IMG/VR virus record: IMGVR_UViG_3300005077_000565
Coordinates: 96,001-160,000 of that record
From: a virus
Direction: 5' to 3' (one strand)
DNA: 64,000 nucleotides
The notes below the pieces were generated by a model that had not been told where the DNA came from, searched no databases, and saw only the letters and a program-made list of their open reading frames with translations. The position numbers were made by a program, and so were the translations under genes. Below, in pieces: positions 48,198 through 58,091 of this stretch. How positions within the stretch are numbered: position 1 is the stretch's first letter; each line of letters opens with the position of its first letter.

Positions 48198-48986
48198 TTA
48201 TAAGTTGTTGATAGTTGTATTTACATCGGAGATTGATGGAATCAAGATATTAATAATAATAATCAGGTCTCCGTTGCGTTTAGTATTGTAAATTGGAAAA
48301 CCCGACTCGGGTATTCTTAATTTAGTTCCAGGTTGTGTGCCTGCCTTTATTTTAATGGTAAATTGACGGCCGTCAATACCAGTCACTGTGGTTTCACCAC
48401 CTATCATGGCTGTTTTTACACCAATAGTGTGCGTGGTATAACAGTTATCTCCATTCCGAGAAAACACTGGATCAGCCTGTTCGACCACATTGACATATAA
48501 ATCACCGGGTGGTAGAGCAGCTATGCTGTCGTCCCCGCACCCGCCAAATTTGATTCTAGCACCATTGGGGATTCCCGGAGGTATAACTATGTGTACAGTT
48601 TTACTGCGTCCCTGTCCTAGTTGCACGCTGATGTCTTTGTCGACACCTGTGACGATTTCTCGTAGTGTAACGTGATAACTTATTTGTGCGTCTCGATTTT
48701 TTCTTGGACGTGCCTGCTGATTGAAAAACGAAGAAAATATATCGTTAAAATCGTGAAATCCGGACTGTCCGAAACCCCCGGTAAATTTTGGACGACTTGA
48801 TTCCTGTGACCAGGCCTGACGACTTTCAGCATCCTTGATTAGGTTGTAGGCATCAGATATTTTTTTAAATTGTTCTTCATCACCACCGCGATCTGGATGG
48901 TGTTTCATGGCCAATTTACGGTAAGCCTGTTTGATTTCAGCATCTGTGGCGCTCGGCTGAACACCCAGAATTTCGTAGGGATTCAT
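48198..48986 (-). CDS. dnaJ: DnaJ/CbpA-type co-chaperone
   Basis: J domain HPD, G/F linker, GDLYV, no Zn finger. Confidence 0.92.
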   Translation of the reverse strand: MNPYEILGVQPSATDAEIKQAYRKLAMKHHPDRGGDEEQFKKISDAYNLIKDAESRQAWSQESSRPKFTGGFGQSGFHDFNDIFSSFFNQQARPRKNRDAQISYHVTLREIVTGVDKDISVQLGQGRSKTVHIVIPPGIPNGARIKFGGCGDDSIAALPPGDLYVNVVEQADPVFSRNGDNCYTTHTIGVKTAMIGGETTVTGIDGRQFTIKIKAGTQPGTKLRIPESGFPIYNTKRNGDLIIIINILIPSISDVNTTINNL

Positions 48987-49465
48987 TAATCAAATAAGCG
49001 TTCAAAAAATCCCGGCTCGGGTTTATTAAGCTCTTCGGCAGCTTTTCGATCCTGCAATATTTTTCCGTTGACTGCGTCGATTGCCTGTGTGGATTTTTCG
49101 TAGTAGTTTTTGTAGGCGGCAATAATGGCATTTTTTTGTTCCAGAACACGCATTAAGTCGCTGTTGTTCAAACTCAATGCCTCATAACCGTCATCACTAA
49201 GTCCAAACAATACTATATCTTTTTTGTTCTTTGCTAGTTCTTCAAACACCTGTTGATAATTTTCACGAGTTATCAGTATCCATTTTACTTCGCGCAACTT
49301 AATCTTGTCAGTGTTAGGCAGAGTCAGAGCTGGACGCTCGATGGGTTCAGCGCTGACTTCGATACGTTTAACTGGTGTACTTGAACAACCACTAGTTAGC
49401 AGGGATGTAGTTAGGATTAGCGATGTTAGGACAACTTGAGTTGATTTTGTCTTTAGTTGTAGCAT
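48986..49465 (-). CDS. o-spanin-like lipoprotein
   Basis: Lipobox LTSGC, Pro-rich stretch, overlaps upstream gene. Confidence 0.7.
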   Translation of the reverse strand: MLQLKTKSTQVVLTSLILTTSLLTSGCSSTPVKRIEVSAEPIERPALTLPNTDKIKLREVKWILITRENYQQVFEELAKNKKDIVLFGLSDDGYEALSLNNSDLMRVLEQKNAIIAAYKNYYEKSTQAIDAVNGKILQDRKAAEELNKPEPGFFERLFD

Positions 49466-49871
49466 TTCGTTCTTCTTCAGTTAATGGACTTCCACTTAAT
49501 ATTTCAAAGCATCGTTGTGAGTCACGAGTCCCTTTGTTCACTATATTGGCAACAAGACCAGGTTTAGCTTCGCCTAGAACACCAATATCGTGTTTACTTA
49601 ACCTAGACTCTAGGTCTCGTGCACGCTGACGACTTTCTTCGAATTTCTGATTGATCTGATCGTTTACAACCTGGGCAGCACGAAGATCACTCTTGATACT
49701 TTTTACTGTGGCCTCGTTGGTCTTGACGGCAGTCTCCAAATTGGCATTGTTTTCAGTCAATACAGCAATTCGTTCTTGTGTGTCTGTGTAATACCGGTAG
49801 GCACCGTAACCAGCGCCAAAAAGTACGCCGACAACAATAAAAAATCCATAAATTTTAAGACCCATGATCAT
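49392..49871 (-). CDS. i-spanin-like protein
   Basis: N-terminal TM, coiled coil, C-terminal Cys. Confidence 0.7.
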   Translation of the reverse strand: MIMGLKIYGFFIVVGVLFGAGYGAYRYYTDTQERIAVLTENNANLETAVKTNEATVKSIKSDLRAAQVVNDQINQKFEESRQRARDLESRLSKHDIGVLGEAKPGLVANIVNKGTRDSQRCFEILSGSPLTEEERNATTKDKINSSCPNIANPNYIPAN

Positions 49872-50089
49872 TTATGCCTGTAAATAATTCTTCCCCGTGA
49901 TAGATCGTAGGGAGTTACTTCAACATCAACACGGTCGCCCAGTAAAATGTTGATGTTAAACATTCTTATCTTACCACTTATTGTGCCAATTATAACATGT
50001 TTTGGCTGATCCAGCAATATCTTGAACATGGCATTTGGCAGACATTCTACTACTTTACCTGATACTGTTATTGATTGTTCTTTGGCCAT
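49868..50089 (-). CDS. infA: Translation initiation factor IF-1
   Basis: G.V.E.LPNAMF, ISGKIR, GD.V.VE.TPYDL.RGRI.YR. Confidence 0.95.
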   Translation of the reverse strand: MAKEQSITVSGKVVECLPNAMFKILLDQPKHVIIGTISGKIRMFNINILLGDRVDVEVTPYDLSRGRIIYRHK

Positions 50090-50589
50090 CAGTAATTAAG
50101 TAAAAATTCAATACGCTCACGCACAGCCTGCTCGGAAGTTTTCTCAAATTTTGAACGATAAGCTGCAGGATCGGAAATGACATCTCGGTTGAATCGTTCC
50201 TGGTCAAAGGGTCTTGGCTCGTCTAATTTATAGGCAGTAAATTTCCAGTTTTCTTCTTCGCTGGTAATTTTGTTGATGTGGTCCAGCAGGCTCTTTATGT
50301 TTTTAAACAGATCACGATCGCGTGAGAATTCTACAAATACTTTATAGACACCCTGTTCATTAGGAGCAGGACTGACTTCGACATCTAGATGATCCACTGG
50401 ACTAGTCTCAATAAAATTACTGAGATCATGTGCGGGTTTTTCGTAGGTAACGCTGAGTGCGACCACTACAGTTTCAGCGTCGGCACCGATTTTGGGTTGA
50501 TATTGATCAATACTGACCACACTGGAAACTAGACCCTGCATTTCGCCATACTCAAGGCCTTCACTGATATTTTTAGATTGTGTTGTCAT
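50089..50589 (-). CDS. Hypothetical protein
   Basis: ORF from [11 protein letters not shown]. Confidence 0.75.
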   Translation of the reverse strand: MTTQSKNISEGLEYGEMQGLVSSVVSIDQYQPKIGADAETVVVALSVTYEKPAHDLSNFIETSPVDHLDVEVSPAPNEQGVYKVFVEFSRDRDLFKNIKSLLDHINKITSEEENWKFTAYKLDEPRPFDQERFNRDVISDPAAYRSKFEKTSEQAVRERIEFLLNY

Positions 50590-51103
50590 CTTCTTCACCT
50601 TTGACTTCTTTGGCACTGTCCAGGCCCTGCTCGTAGGCATCGCTTACGTCAGTCATGTCAATTTCAGTACCATTGATATTGATCTTCTCGCTCTTGAACT
50701 CGTCGACGAAATGTCTGGGCATGGCGATCTTGACCAACCATACCTTCTGTTTTACTTTTTTAGGTTTGTGCTCTCCGTCGGGTCTGGCTTCAAGATCATC
50801 TGGAGACTTGATGTCCACACTTACGATATAGTCTTCTTTCTGGAAAAATACATAGCATCCATGCTTGGTCAGTCGCAGTGCCCCATCGGGGTCCGGCATC
50901 TTACGTTCGGGATACATCAACGTAACTTCAATCCAGTAACGGCTAATATCCGGACCTTGAACCACTTCACCGGAGCTCCAGTTTTGGTATGCGTATACAT
51001 GCAGACTATCGAGAACACTTTCAAATTCCAATAGCATGTCCAGAGCGCTGTTGCCGTCGTAAATGTTGGAGATAGTATCTCGAATAGATTTTGAATCAAT
51101 CAT
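50573..51103 (-). CDS. Hypothetical protein
   Basis: Late promoter TATAAATA upstream. Confidence 0.75.
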   Translation of the reverse strand: MIDSKSIRDTISNIYDGNSALDMLLEFESVLDSLHVYAYQNWSSGEVVQGPDISRYWIEVTLMYPERKMPDPDGALRLTKHGCYVFFQKEDYIVSVDIKSPDDLEARPDGEHKPKKVKQKVWLVKIAMPRHFVDEFKSEKININGTEIDMTDVSDAYEQGLDSAKEVKGEEDDNTI

Positions 51104-51265
51104 CTTAAACACCTAAAAAATTGTTATCTACTATTTATACTCAGCCTTCAGAATAACATTTTTAGTATAGTATCAGTTAATAAAACCGTCAATCTGTTAA
51201 ATATTATAGAACGAACTGGGCTCATGATCTAGCATTTAAAAAACTATACTGAAGGAGAGCATATA

Positions 51266-51997
51266 GTGAGCAGAAGAGCTAGAAAAACCAAACCGTTCGA
51301 AACACAAGAGCAAGTGATAGACTTTGGGAAATATAAAAGACGTCATTCTCAGGTAAACATATTACCTAAGAATCTGGCACAGGAGGAATACTTGGCGTTA
51401 TTAGACGACAGTACTAAAAATATTGTTTTTGCCACCGGCCCAGCTGGTACAGGTAAAACTATGTTAGCGGTTCTGGCCGCCGTACGTGCGCTAAGATCCG
51501 GTGAATGTGAGAAAATTGTAATCACACGACCAGCGGTCAGTGTAGATGAACAACACGGCTTTTTACCCGGTACATTACTAGAAAAAATGGCTCCGTGGAC
51601 TAGACCAATCTTCGATGTCATCGAAGAATATTACTCTCCAAAAGACATCACGACGATGATCGAGGACGGTGTACTCGAAGTTGCACCGCTTGCATACATG
51701 CGTGGACGGACATTTAAAAATGCCTGGATAATCGCAGATGAAATGCAAAATGCCACACCAAACCAGATGAAGATGTTACTGACCCGAATCGGGCAGGGCA
51801 GTCGAATTGTGGTTACTGGAGACTTAGCTCAACACGATAGGGGGTATGACGATAACGGACTCAAAGAGTTCATGAGTCTGCTAAAGCTGTCCGATACACG
51901 TAGGATCGGATATGTAGAGTTTGAACAACGTGATGTTGAAAGACATCCAGCTGTTCAAGAAGTATTAACTATCTACGGTGACGAAACTATTAATTAA
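51266..51997 (+). CDS. phoH: PhoH-like ATPase
   Basis: GPAGTGKT, GFLPG, YMRGRT, DEMQN, GD..Q.D, RH. Confidence 0.96.
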   Translation: MSRRARKTKPFETQEQVIDFGKYKRRHSQVNILPKNLAQEEYLALLDDSTKNIVFATGPAGTGKTMLAVLAAVRALRSGECEKIVITRPAVSVDEQHGFLPGTLLEKMAPWTRPIFDVIEEYYSPKDITTMIEDGVLEVAPLAYMRGRTFKNAWIIADEMQNATPNQMKMLLTRIGQGSRIVVTGDLAQHDRGYDDNGLKEFMSLLKLSDTRRIGYVEFEQRDVERHPAVQEVLTIYGDETIN

Positions 51998-52608
51998 GCG
52001 ACGATAACTTCACGGATCTGAGCCCAGTTTTTCGCTTTAATAATTCGATCATCGTCACAATCTTGGTTGTGGTTATGCTGAATCAGCACACTTCTAAGTC
52101 CTAGGTCGGCGCCCAGTATGGCGTTTTCGGTCTTGTCTTCAATCCAAAAAACGTTGGTACCAGCATAAATTTCCAGTGCCTGATTCTTGTCTGCACCGGT
52201 GTCCAGACACACTACATCCAGGAACGCACGTTTACCAAAAACACGTTCTAGATTTTCTACACGCAGACGTTTGGCGTAGGGGTCTAAACTTAGACTGGTG
52301 ATACAGACGAATTGATATCCTTCAGCAACCAGTTGCTTGACTACACTTTGTGCGTCACGGAAAGGATCCAGACAGCACATCCAGGCACTGTTGTTAAACT
52401 CACAAATCAGACGCTTGGCTTCTTTTTTAGCCATGCCGTAGATGCGTTCCACTTCATAAAACTGATTGCCAGTGACTCGGTCATAGCCTTTGGATTCCAT
52501 CCAGGCATGATATGCAGTTTCCCAGTCTAGCAATACACCATCACAATCAGTTAAAATTAGACGATTTTCTGCTAGTGCTTTCTGAATACGTTTTGATTTA
52601 ATTTTCAT
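51994..52608 (-). CDS. HAD-family phosphatase/nucleotidase (T4 30.2-like)
   Basis: DCDGVLLDW, ITSL, K, WIEDK. Confidence 0.85.
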   Translation of the reverse strand: MKIKSKRIQKALAENRLILTDCDGVLLDWETAYHAWMESKGYDRVTGNQFYEVERIYGMAKKEAKRLICEFNNSAWMCCLDPFRDAQSVVKQLVAEGYQFVCITSLSLDPYAKRLRVENLERVFGKRAFLDVVCLDTGADKNQALEIYAGTNVFWIEDKTENAILGADLGLRSVLIQHNHNQDCDDDRIIKAKNWAQIREVIVA

Positions 52609-52614
52609 ATTACC

Positions 52615-52643
52615 AGTATAAAGTAAAATGCTTTACTTGTCAA
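52615..52643 (-). promoter_or_regulatory. sigma70-like promoter with palindromic spacer
   Basis: TTGACA-N17-TATACT; AAGTAAA-ATGC-TTTACTT fills the spacer. Confidence 0.75.
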
Positions 52644-53082
52644 ATTGATTACTGGGGGTCAGGTGGTCGCCATTTTCAATAGTCTTGATGGCATGGCAAT
52701 TATGACACAATGTACGCAGATTGTCGGGATCGTTGTTGGCATGGTTGCCGTCAATATGATCCACAGTCAGTGCACTGCGAATCAGTGTGTTGTACATTTT
52801 AGGGTCACTGTCTTTATATTTGGCGATACGTGGTTGTTCGGCTGGGTTGTATCCGCACTCCTGGCAGCACTCTACTCGAGCGTGACTATAAATTTTTCCA
52901 GTGGTGGCCAGGCCACCAAACTCGCTGAAGTTACGCTGATGAGCATCACAGTAGTCGCTCTCGCCGGGCCCTTTCCAGAGCGTCAGGTGTTGTCCACAGC
53001 CAGGTACTTTGCAAATACTGCGCATGGCTATGCGCATTTCGTTGGTATTTTTACGTTGGCGTTCTGCGGCATTCCTGATCAT
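52633..53082 (-). CDS. HNH endonuclease
   Basis: CQEC, DHIDGNHANN..NL..LCHNCH. Confidence 0.85.
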   Translation of the reverse strand: MIRNAAERQRKNTNEMRIAMRSICKVPGCGQHLTLWKGPGESDYCDAHQRNFSEFGGLATTGKIYSHARVECCQECGYNPAEQPRIAKYKDSDPKMYNTLIRSALTVDHIDGNHANNDPDNLRTLCHNCHAIKTIENGDHLTPSNQFDK

Positions 53083-54242
53083 TGCAGAGTCTCCTGATCA
53101 AATTCATAGTGTTCAGGGAAGGACGGAAGCGTAAATTTAAATCCGTGTTTGGCCAAGACCTGTTTGATCCAGTCTGGTGCTACCTTGGTCTGATTACAAC
53201 GATAAGTCTGGCCAGGGTTGAGACGCCCGGCAGCCTTTTCACGATCAACGTAACTCTGGTAGGCATCCTGAACTTTACGATGTTTGATACTTCCCACTGC
53301 CCAGGTATTCTGTGTAACCCTGGACATAATACGTGCTATTTCCTGCAGGTATTCATCGGTGACTTTGATGCCATCGTTCATACACTGCCGGACAAACACG
53401 CTCATGTTATCAATTTCCAGAGCAATAAACGGCTGGTCATTGTTGGTGATACTGTGATAGTACATCACACGTTCAAACACTTCCACGGGGAAATTTCGAT
53501 TAAACACTTCAGTCATACGTGACCAAGCACCAGCACGTTTTTCATCACCAAACTTTTCATCAGTGGCAAAGAAGTGATATTTTTCAAAATACGTCTGCAT
53601 GGTGTAGCATCGCTGATTCCAGAAATCCTGTACATTATCGTGACGCATGCCGGCGACATACTGTTTGTAGAGGTCAATGTTGTCCAGTTTTTTGCTGGTT
53701 TTACCGCTGTTAAATTCAATGAAACGTTTACGAATTGCCGAGCGATCGTCTCCAGGGTATTCGTCAATGGGCAGTGTTACATCCTTGGCGTCTAGGCCAA
53801 AACCATATACTCCGATGACATAGATAGCCAGAGCAGTGTGTTGTCCGTCCCAGGCAACCTGCATGTCAAAGCGTCCATCTTTGCGGTGACTATCGCGATA
53901 AGTGCGTACACGGTTAACATAGGTAGGATCAAATCCACCTACAATGTTCAGCAGGTTTTCATGATCGGGCCAGCGTTGCATGGTGTCGTTGATTTCAACG
54001 TCCAGGATTTTGTAAAACTCCTTGATACCCATGCCCACCATGTCCCGAGTCATGGCCTCATAGGTGTCGTAACCCAGAGCAGCCACCATTCCCTGGGCCA
54101 GTGATTTTAGCATTGGCAAGAGTTCAGGATCTCGCTGACACATTTCATCCAGACGTTCGGGGATTGAAATGAATTTATCCTCGTCGCTGTGATACAAGTC
54201 GTTGATGCGATCCTGATATGAAGTGATGTCTTTGGCGGTCAC
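53079..54242 (-). CDS. ParB/Srx-like (DGQH) domain protein
   Basis: MQR...WDGQHT...F..FN pattern; AGGAG RBS before GTG. Confidence 0.6.
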   Translation of the reverse strand: MTAKDITSYQDRINDLYHSDEDKFISIPERLDEMCQRDPELLPMLKSLAQGMVAALGYDTYEAMTRDMVGMGIKEFYKILDVEINDTMQRWPDHENLLNIVGGFDPTYVNRVRTYRDSHRKDGRFDMQVAWDGQHTALAIYVIGVYGFGLDAKDVTLPIDEYPGDDRSAIRKRFIEFNSGKTSKKLDNIDLYKQYVAGMRHDNVQDFWNQRCYTMQTYFEKYHFFATDEKFGDEKRAGAWSRMTEVFNRNFPVEVFERVMYYHSITNNDQPFIALEIDNMSVFVRQCMNDGIKVTDEYLQEIARIMSRVTQNTWAVGSIKHRKVQDAYQSYVDREKAAGRLNPGQTYRCNQTKVAPDWIKQVLAKHGFKFTLPSFPEHYEFDQETLQ

Positions 54243-54275
54243 TGGCAACTCCTGTTGTTTACTTACTATACCTTT

Positions 54276-54365
54276 ATTGTAGCAAACCCCTGATTTATTG
54301 TCAAATTGGTAGATTCAAGGTAAAATGCCTTAGGCATTTTACTTGTAAAGTAAAGCATATTACCT
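54276..54365 (-). promoter_or_regulatory. sigma70-like promoter with upstream palindromes
   Basis: TTGACA-N17-TACAAT; GTAAAATGCCT-T-AGGCATTTTAC at 54320-54342. Confidence 0.7.
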
Positions 54366-54379
54366 TAAAGGTAAAACGT

Positions 54380-54586
54380 TTAGGAAAACAATGCTGGTTT
54401 TTTGTATTCAGAAATTTTTGTTTTAGTTTCTGAACTTTCAAAAGCTCGATCCAGTTTTGTTAGATACTGGTTAACTTCTTTTATGGTAAGATCAGATAGT
54501 TTAACTGGTAATACAAATTCCAGATATTCCCGTGTCCTGCGATCTATGTCGTCTAGACTTTTATACTGATATTTTACTGCTGACAT
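54380..54586 (-). CDS. Hypothetical protein
   Basis: Short ORF in operon. Confidence 0.6.
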   Translation of the reverse strand: MSAVKYQYKSLDDIDRRTREYLEFVLPVKLSDLTIKEVNQYLTKLDRAFESSETKTKISEYKKPALFS

Positions 54587-54587
54587 A

Positions 54588-55178
54588 TTACGCACTGTAT
54601 GATTTCAAATCATTTACTACACGTGACCAGACGTCTGAATTCGGTGCCTGCTCATGAATGTCCTCGAAAATACGATCATTGATTTGTTCAGACAATACTC
54701 TCTCCACCATCTGATTTAGTGTAATGTCATGCTCATGTGCTAGTGTCATCAATTTAAACAGAGATTCGCGATCCAAGTCCAGTGGTACTTCAACACGAGT
54801 GTCATATTCTTGACCTAGAAAGATAGCACGAGCTTTGGCATAGTAATCTTCGGCAGTTTCTAGGTCAATGTATCGTACATGGTCGTAGGCCACATCAACA
54901 TCCACTTTGCGACGGGTCGCTTCTTCGCGATATGCCTTCGCATAGTCGGGATTGATCCAGCGATAACTGCGTTCACGTTGGTTGTCATGTGCGGACATTT
55001 CAAACACTTCCTGAGTCACCGTGTCAAAGACAATGCTGAAACTACGTCCAGTTTCGTGTTCGCCGTTCCAGCTTTCAATACTGTAGGCATTGGGACCGAA
55101 TGAATTCCAGTAATATTCTGATCCTTCAGTAATTCGACAAACGATGATGTCTAAAAATTCTTTAAGTGTTGCTGACAT
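54588..55178 (-). CDS. Hypothetical protein, possible C-terminal ribbon-helix-helix
   Basis: L...AHE.DITLNQ.VE..L. Confidence 0.7.
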   Translation of the reverse strand: MSATLKEFLDIIVCRITEGSEYYWNSFGPNAYSIESWNGEHETGRSFSIVFDTVTQEVFEMSAHDNQRERSYRWINPDYAKAYREEATRRKVDVDVAYDHVRYIDLETAEDYYAKARAIFLGQEYDTRVEVPLDLDRESLFKLMTLAHEHDITLNQMVERVLSEQINDRIFEDIHEQAPNSDVWSRVVNDLKSYSA

Positions 55179-55190
55179 GATAGTGATACC

Positions 55191-55448
55191 TTAATCTTTG
55201 ATAAATTCTGGAAAAACTTCGGGATGTTCTTTAATGATTTTAAAAATAAACGACATTTCCTCAATAGTAAATTCAGAAACTGGCTTCCCTTCGGGCGCAC
55301 CGGCCGCGGTTAACTCACTGCCAATACTACAGATTTTATTGCCCAGTTCGCAATCAGTTTCGGCGGTTCCAATGTCCATGATGCGTCGTCCAATACTGCA
55401 AAGTACACGCTCGCGTTCGGTAATTTCTGAGTTTCTAATAGTAGTCAT
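55191..55448 (-). CDS. Hypothetical protein
   Basis: 85-aa ORF with RBS. Confidence 0.65.
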   Translation of the reverse strand: MTTIRNSEITERERVLCSIGRRIMDIGTAETDCELGNKICSIGSELTAAGAPEGKPVSEFTIEEMSFIFKIIKEHPEVFPEFIKD

Positions 55449-55507
55449 TTAAGTTCCTTGGATTGAATATTTTCTACAATGTTGATTTTATGCGCACAAA
55501 CGCCGCA

Positions 55508-56017
55508 TTATTCTTCCTCGAATTCTGAGACATTACCATCTTCGTCGGCAATAATGATTCGACGGAAACCACCTTCACCTTCGATTACAATAGGTCCCCA
55601 GATGTAGGTTGCACCATCACCTTGATACCAACCTTCTTCTTCGATGGCATAAAAGCCTTCTTCATCAATTAGTGCTTCGAGACGCTCACGTTCTTCTTCA
55701 TCTAGATCTTCGGGCCACTCAATATCTTCCCAGCAGCCATCCCAGGTTTCGTTGAGTTCAACTTCTTCAATGTTGTTGCCGTAGGCATCGTAGATACTGA
55801 TGCTGTCAGTTTTACCATCTCCGGGATTGCCATCGTTAGTGTAGACAGTCCATGATCCGCCACGCCAGCCAGTTTTGCGAACAACGGTCATACCGTCATT
55901 GGTATATTCTTCGTGTTCCTCGATAGACTTTTTGTAGTAGGTACTTACAGTCCAGGCAGTGAGTTCTTTTTTCTCTTCTGGTTTGTCAGTTGCTTCGGGT
56001 CCGTTGGGCCATGCCAT
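55508..56017 (-). CDS. Highly acidic hypothetical protein
   Basis: Asp/Glu/Trp-rich 169 aa. Confidence 0.75.
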   Translation of the reverse strand: MAWPNGPEATDKPEEKKELTAWTVSTYYKKSIEEHEEYTNDGMTVVRKTGWRGGSWTVYTNDGNPGDGKTDSISIYDAYGNNIEEVELNETWDGCWEDIEWPEDLDEEERERLEALIDEEGFYAIEEEGWYQGDGATYIWGPIVIEGEGGFRRIIIADEDGNVSEFEEE

Positions 56018-56018
56018 G

Positions 56019-56945
56019 TTAGTTCTCCAATATGATATTAGTTAGTTCTTCACGCAAAAAATGTTCGTCGGGGTCATAGGCAATGCCCTGCCATTCTTTG
56101 ACTTTGATCTTTTCATCGTTCCAGTCATTGTGCCAGTATTCGCCATTCCACAGGGCTTGATATTCATAACCGTCTTTGGTTTTAACATTATACTTGCCCT
56201 CACGCACTGGCGTAACCTTAGCAGGGAACCATTCTGTAAGACCGTATTCAATATCGTCCATGTTACGATAACGTTCCCAACGTCCGCCTTTTTGTGATCC
56301 AGCGATATAGAATCCAAAGTCTGTGCTCTTACCGCTGGTGTCGCCACCGTCGTTGATCAGTTCTTCTCCGTCGTAGCTCACAGATGTAATAATTTCGTTA
56401 CCGTCGATTTCGTCGTAGTTGATGCAGAGTTTACCGGCATCAAACGGCATCTTCAGTTCAATGTCTGCTTCAAAAAATGTGCCCTTCTCTGAACTAACAC
56501 CAACGAATACTACTGTGCCTTTTTCTTGCGAATCAATCCAGATCTCATCACCACAGGAGATTTCAGGAGTGGGTTCATCATCTTCGTCCCAGCCAACACA
56601 GTCCTCCAACTGTTTTTCCCAGACGACGTCGCCATTTTCGTCGTCAACTTGGATAGTGCCGGAGTTACGATCTACACCCCAACAATGACCCATGTTGTCG
56701 CAGTTGTACCAGTCGCCTGGGTAAAATGGTTGCATATCTTCTGGAATGTTATTTGCTTTGGTGTAATCGCTGTCCCAGGCAAACTCTGCAACATCAAGTC
56801 TGCGTTGGCGGAAGTAATCGTAGACTCGACGATCTACAGTGCCCATGACATATTCGCCACCGTAGCCCCAGAGTCTGACCTTGTAGGTACAAGGGGTGAA
56901 TTTTAATACTTCAATAAGTTCTTGCTGTTCTCGTTCGGTGGCCAT
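56019..56945 (-). CDS. Acidic hypothetical protein
   Basis: 308 aa, Asp/Glu-rich. Confidence 0.8.
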   Translation of the reverse strand: MATEREQQELIEVLKFTPCTYKVRLWGYGGEYVMGTVDRRVYDYFRQRRLDVAEFAWDSDYTKANNIPEDMQPFYPGDWYNCDNMGHCWGVDRNSGTIQVDDENGDVVWEKQLEDCVGWDEDDEPTPEISCGDEIWIDSQEKGTVVFVGVSSEKGTFFEADIELKMPFDAGKLCINYDEIDGNEIITSVSYDGEELINDGGDTSGKSTDFGFYIAGSQKGGRWERYRNMDDIEYGLTEWFPAKVTPVREGKYNVKTKDGYEYQALWNGEYWHNDWNDEKIKVKEWQGIAYDPDEHFLREELTNIILEN

Positions 56946-56974
56946 GATAGATCCCTTATTAAATTAATAGTTAA

Positions 56975-57316
56975 TTATACACTGATCTGGGAATTATCTG
57001 CAACTGCTTTGGATTCAAGTACTCCAATAACGATCCAGACGACAAATCCCACATAGGGCACAAACACAGCCGCAGTCCACCAAGTGTTAATGCCAGCATC
57101 ACGACATCGTCGAATAGATGTTGAAATCCAGAGCCAACAATATGCCACAGCTACAGCCACTGAGGTGATGATACCAAACACCAAACCCGCACTATCTGCC
57201 ATCACAAATGCTACTGCAATGGCGTAGCCAACCAGCGCCAGAAGCATACCAACGATGTTTGCACCCCAGTATTCACTGCGGCCTGCACGGCCGCTAAATT
57301 TAAAATATTTGTTCAT
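56975..57316 (-). CDS. DUF805-family membrane protein
   Basis: F.FSGR..RSEYW, RR.RD.G...W. Confidence 0.85.
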   Translation of the reverse strand: MNKYFKFSGRAGRSEYWGANIVGMLLALVGYAIAVAFVMADSAGLVFGIITSVAVAVAYCWLWISTSIRRCRDAGINTWWTAAVFVPYVGFVVWIVIGVLESKAVADNSQISV

Positions 57317-57318
57317 TA

Positions 57319-57744
57319 TTACACCAATTCGTAAGGTTTATTCCAGCTGCCAATGTTTACGTCGATGTAATGACTGCAATGAAAATAGTCTGTTTGAATG
57401 TCTGACTCGTCGAAGTAGTCAGGACCGTACATAGCGGGAATCACTTCAGCCAGAAACTGTCGTGCACGGCCCGAAAAGTGTTCTTTGTACCAATAGACGT
57501 TCACGTCAAGTGAGCCGTTCTTGCGAAGGTAAGCGATTTGCTCTGGTGACATGCGTTTTGCATGGGGAGCATCATCTTCGGTTTTGATGTAATTCTCAAT
57601 GAAGTCGATGTTGCCCTGCTTTACGTTCAGTACCAGAGTGCTGTGATTACGAACTGCGATTGATGCTTTGACACCATACTTTTTGCAGATTGATTTAATG
57701 GTGGGCGCCAGCTTTGCTTTGTGTTCTTGACTCATGTATGCCAT
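57319..57744 (-). CDS. Hypothetical early protein
   Basis: AGGAG RBS; promoter at 57780-57809. Confidence 0.8.
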   Translation of the reverse strand: MAYMSQEHKAKLAPTIKSICKKYGVKASIAVRNHSTLVLNVKQGNIDFIENYIKTEDDAPHAKRMSPEQIAYLRKNGSLDVNVYWYKEHFSGRARQFLAEVIPAMYGPDYFDESDIQTDYFHCSHYIDVNIGSWNKPYELV

Positions 57745-57800
57745 CTTCAACTCCTGTTTTGTTAACAACCGATAATGCTATTGTAGCAAAAACGCCTATT

Positions 57801-58025
57801 TTATGTCAAATCTGCAGTCGCCGCCAATTTTTCAGAAATATAACGGTTAATGATCAGACTGTTAATGGTGTCAGGTACTGACACAAAAGGCCACATGGGT
57901 TCAAAAGGACACACTGATTCCCAGCGCCCAGTTTCCAGGAATTTTTTATAAAGGGACAGATCCCGTGCTGAGTTGGGGTCAAACACACGGGTAGAACGCG
58001 ATCGGAGAACACTTTTAACCATCAC
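57801..58025 (-). CDS. Hypothetical early protein
   Basis: AAGGAG RBS; promoter at 58059-58088. Confidence 0.7.
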   Translation of the reverse strand: MMVKSVLRSRSTRVFDPNSARDLSLYKKFLETGRWESVCPFEPMWPFVSVPDTINSLIINRYISEKLAATADLT

Positions 58026-58091
58026 ACAAACTCCTTGGGTTGCTGTTAATATGTGTGTATTATAGGTTAAATTGGTATTTTATGTCAAATT

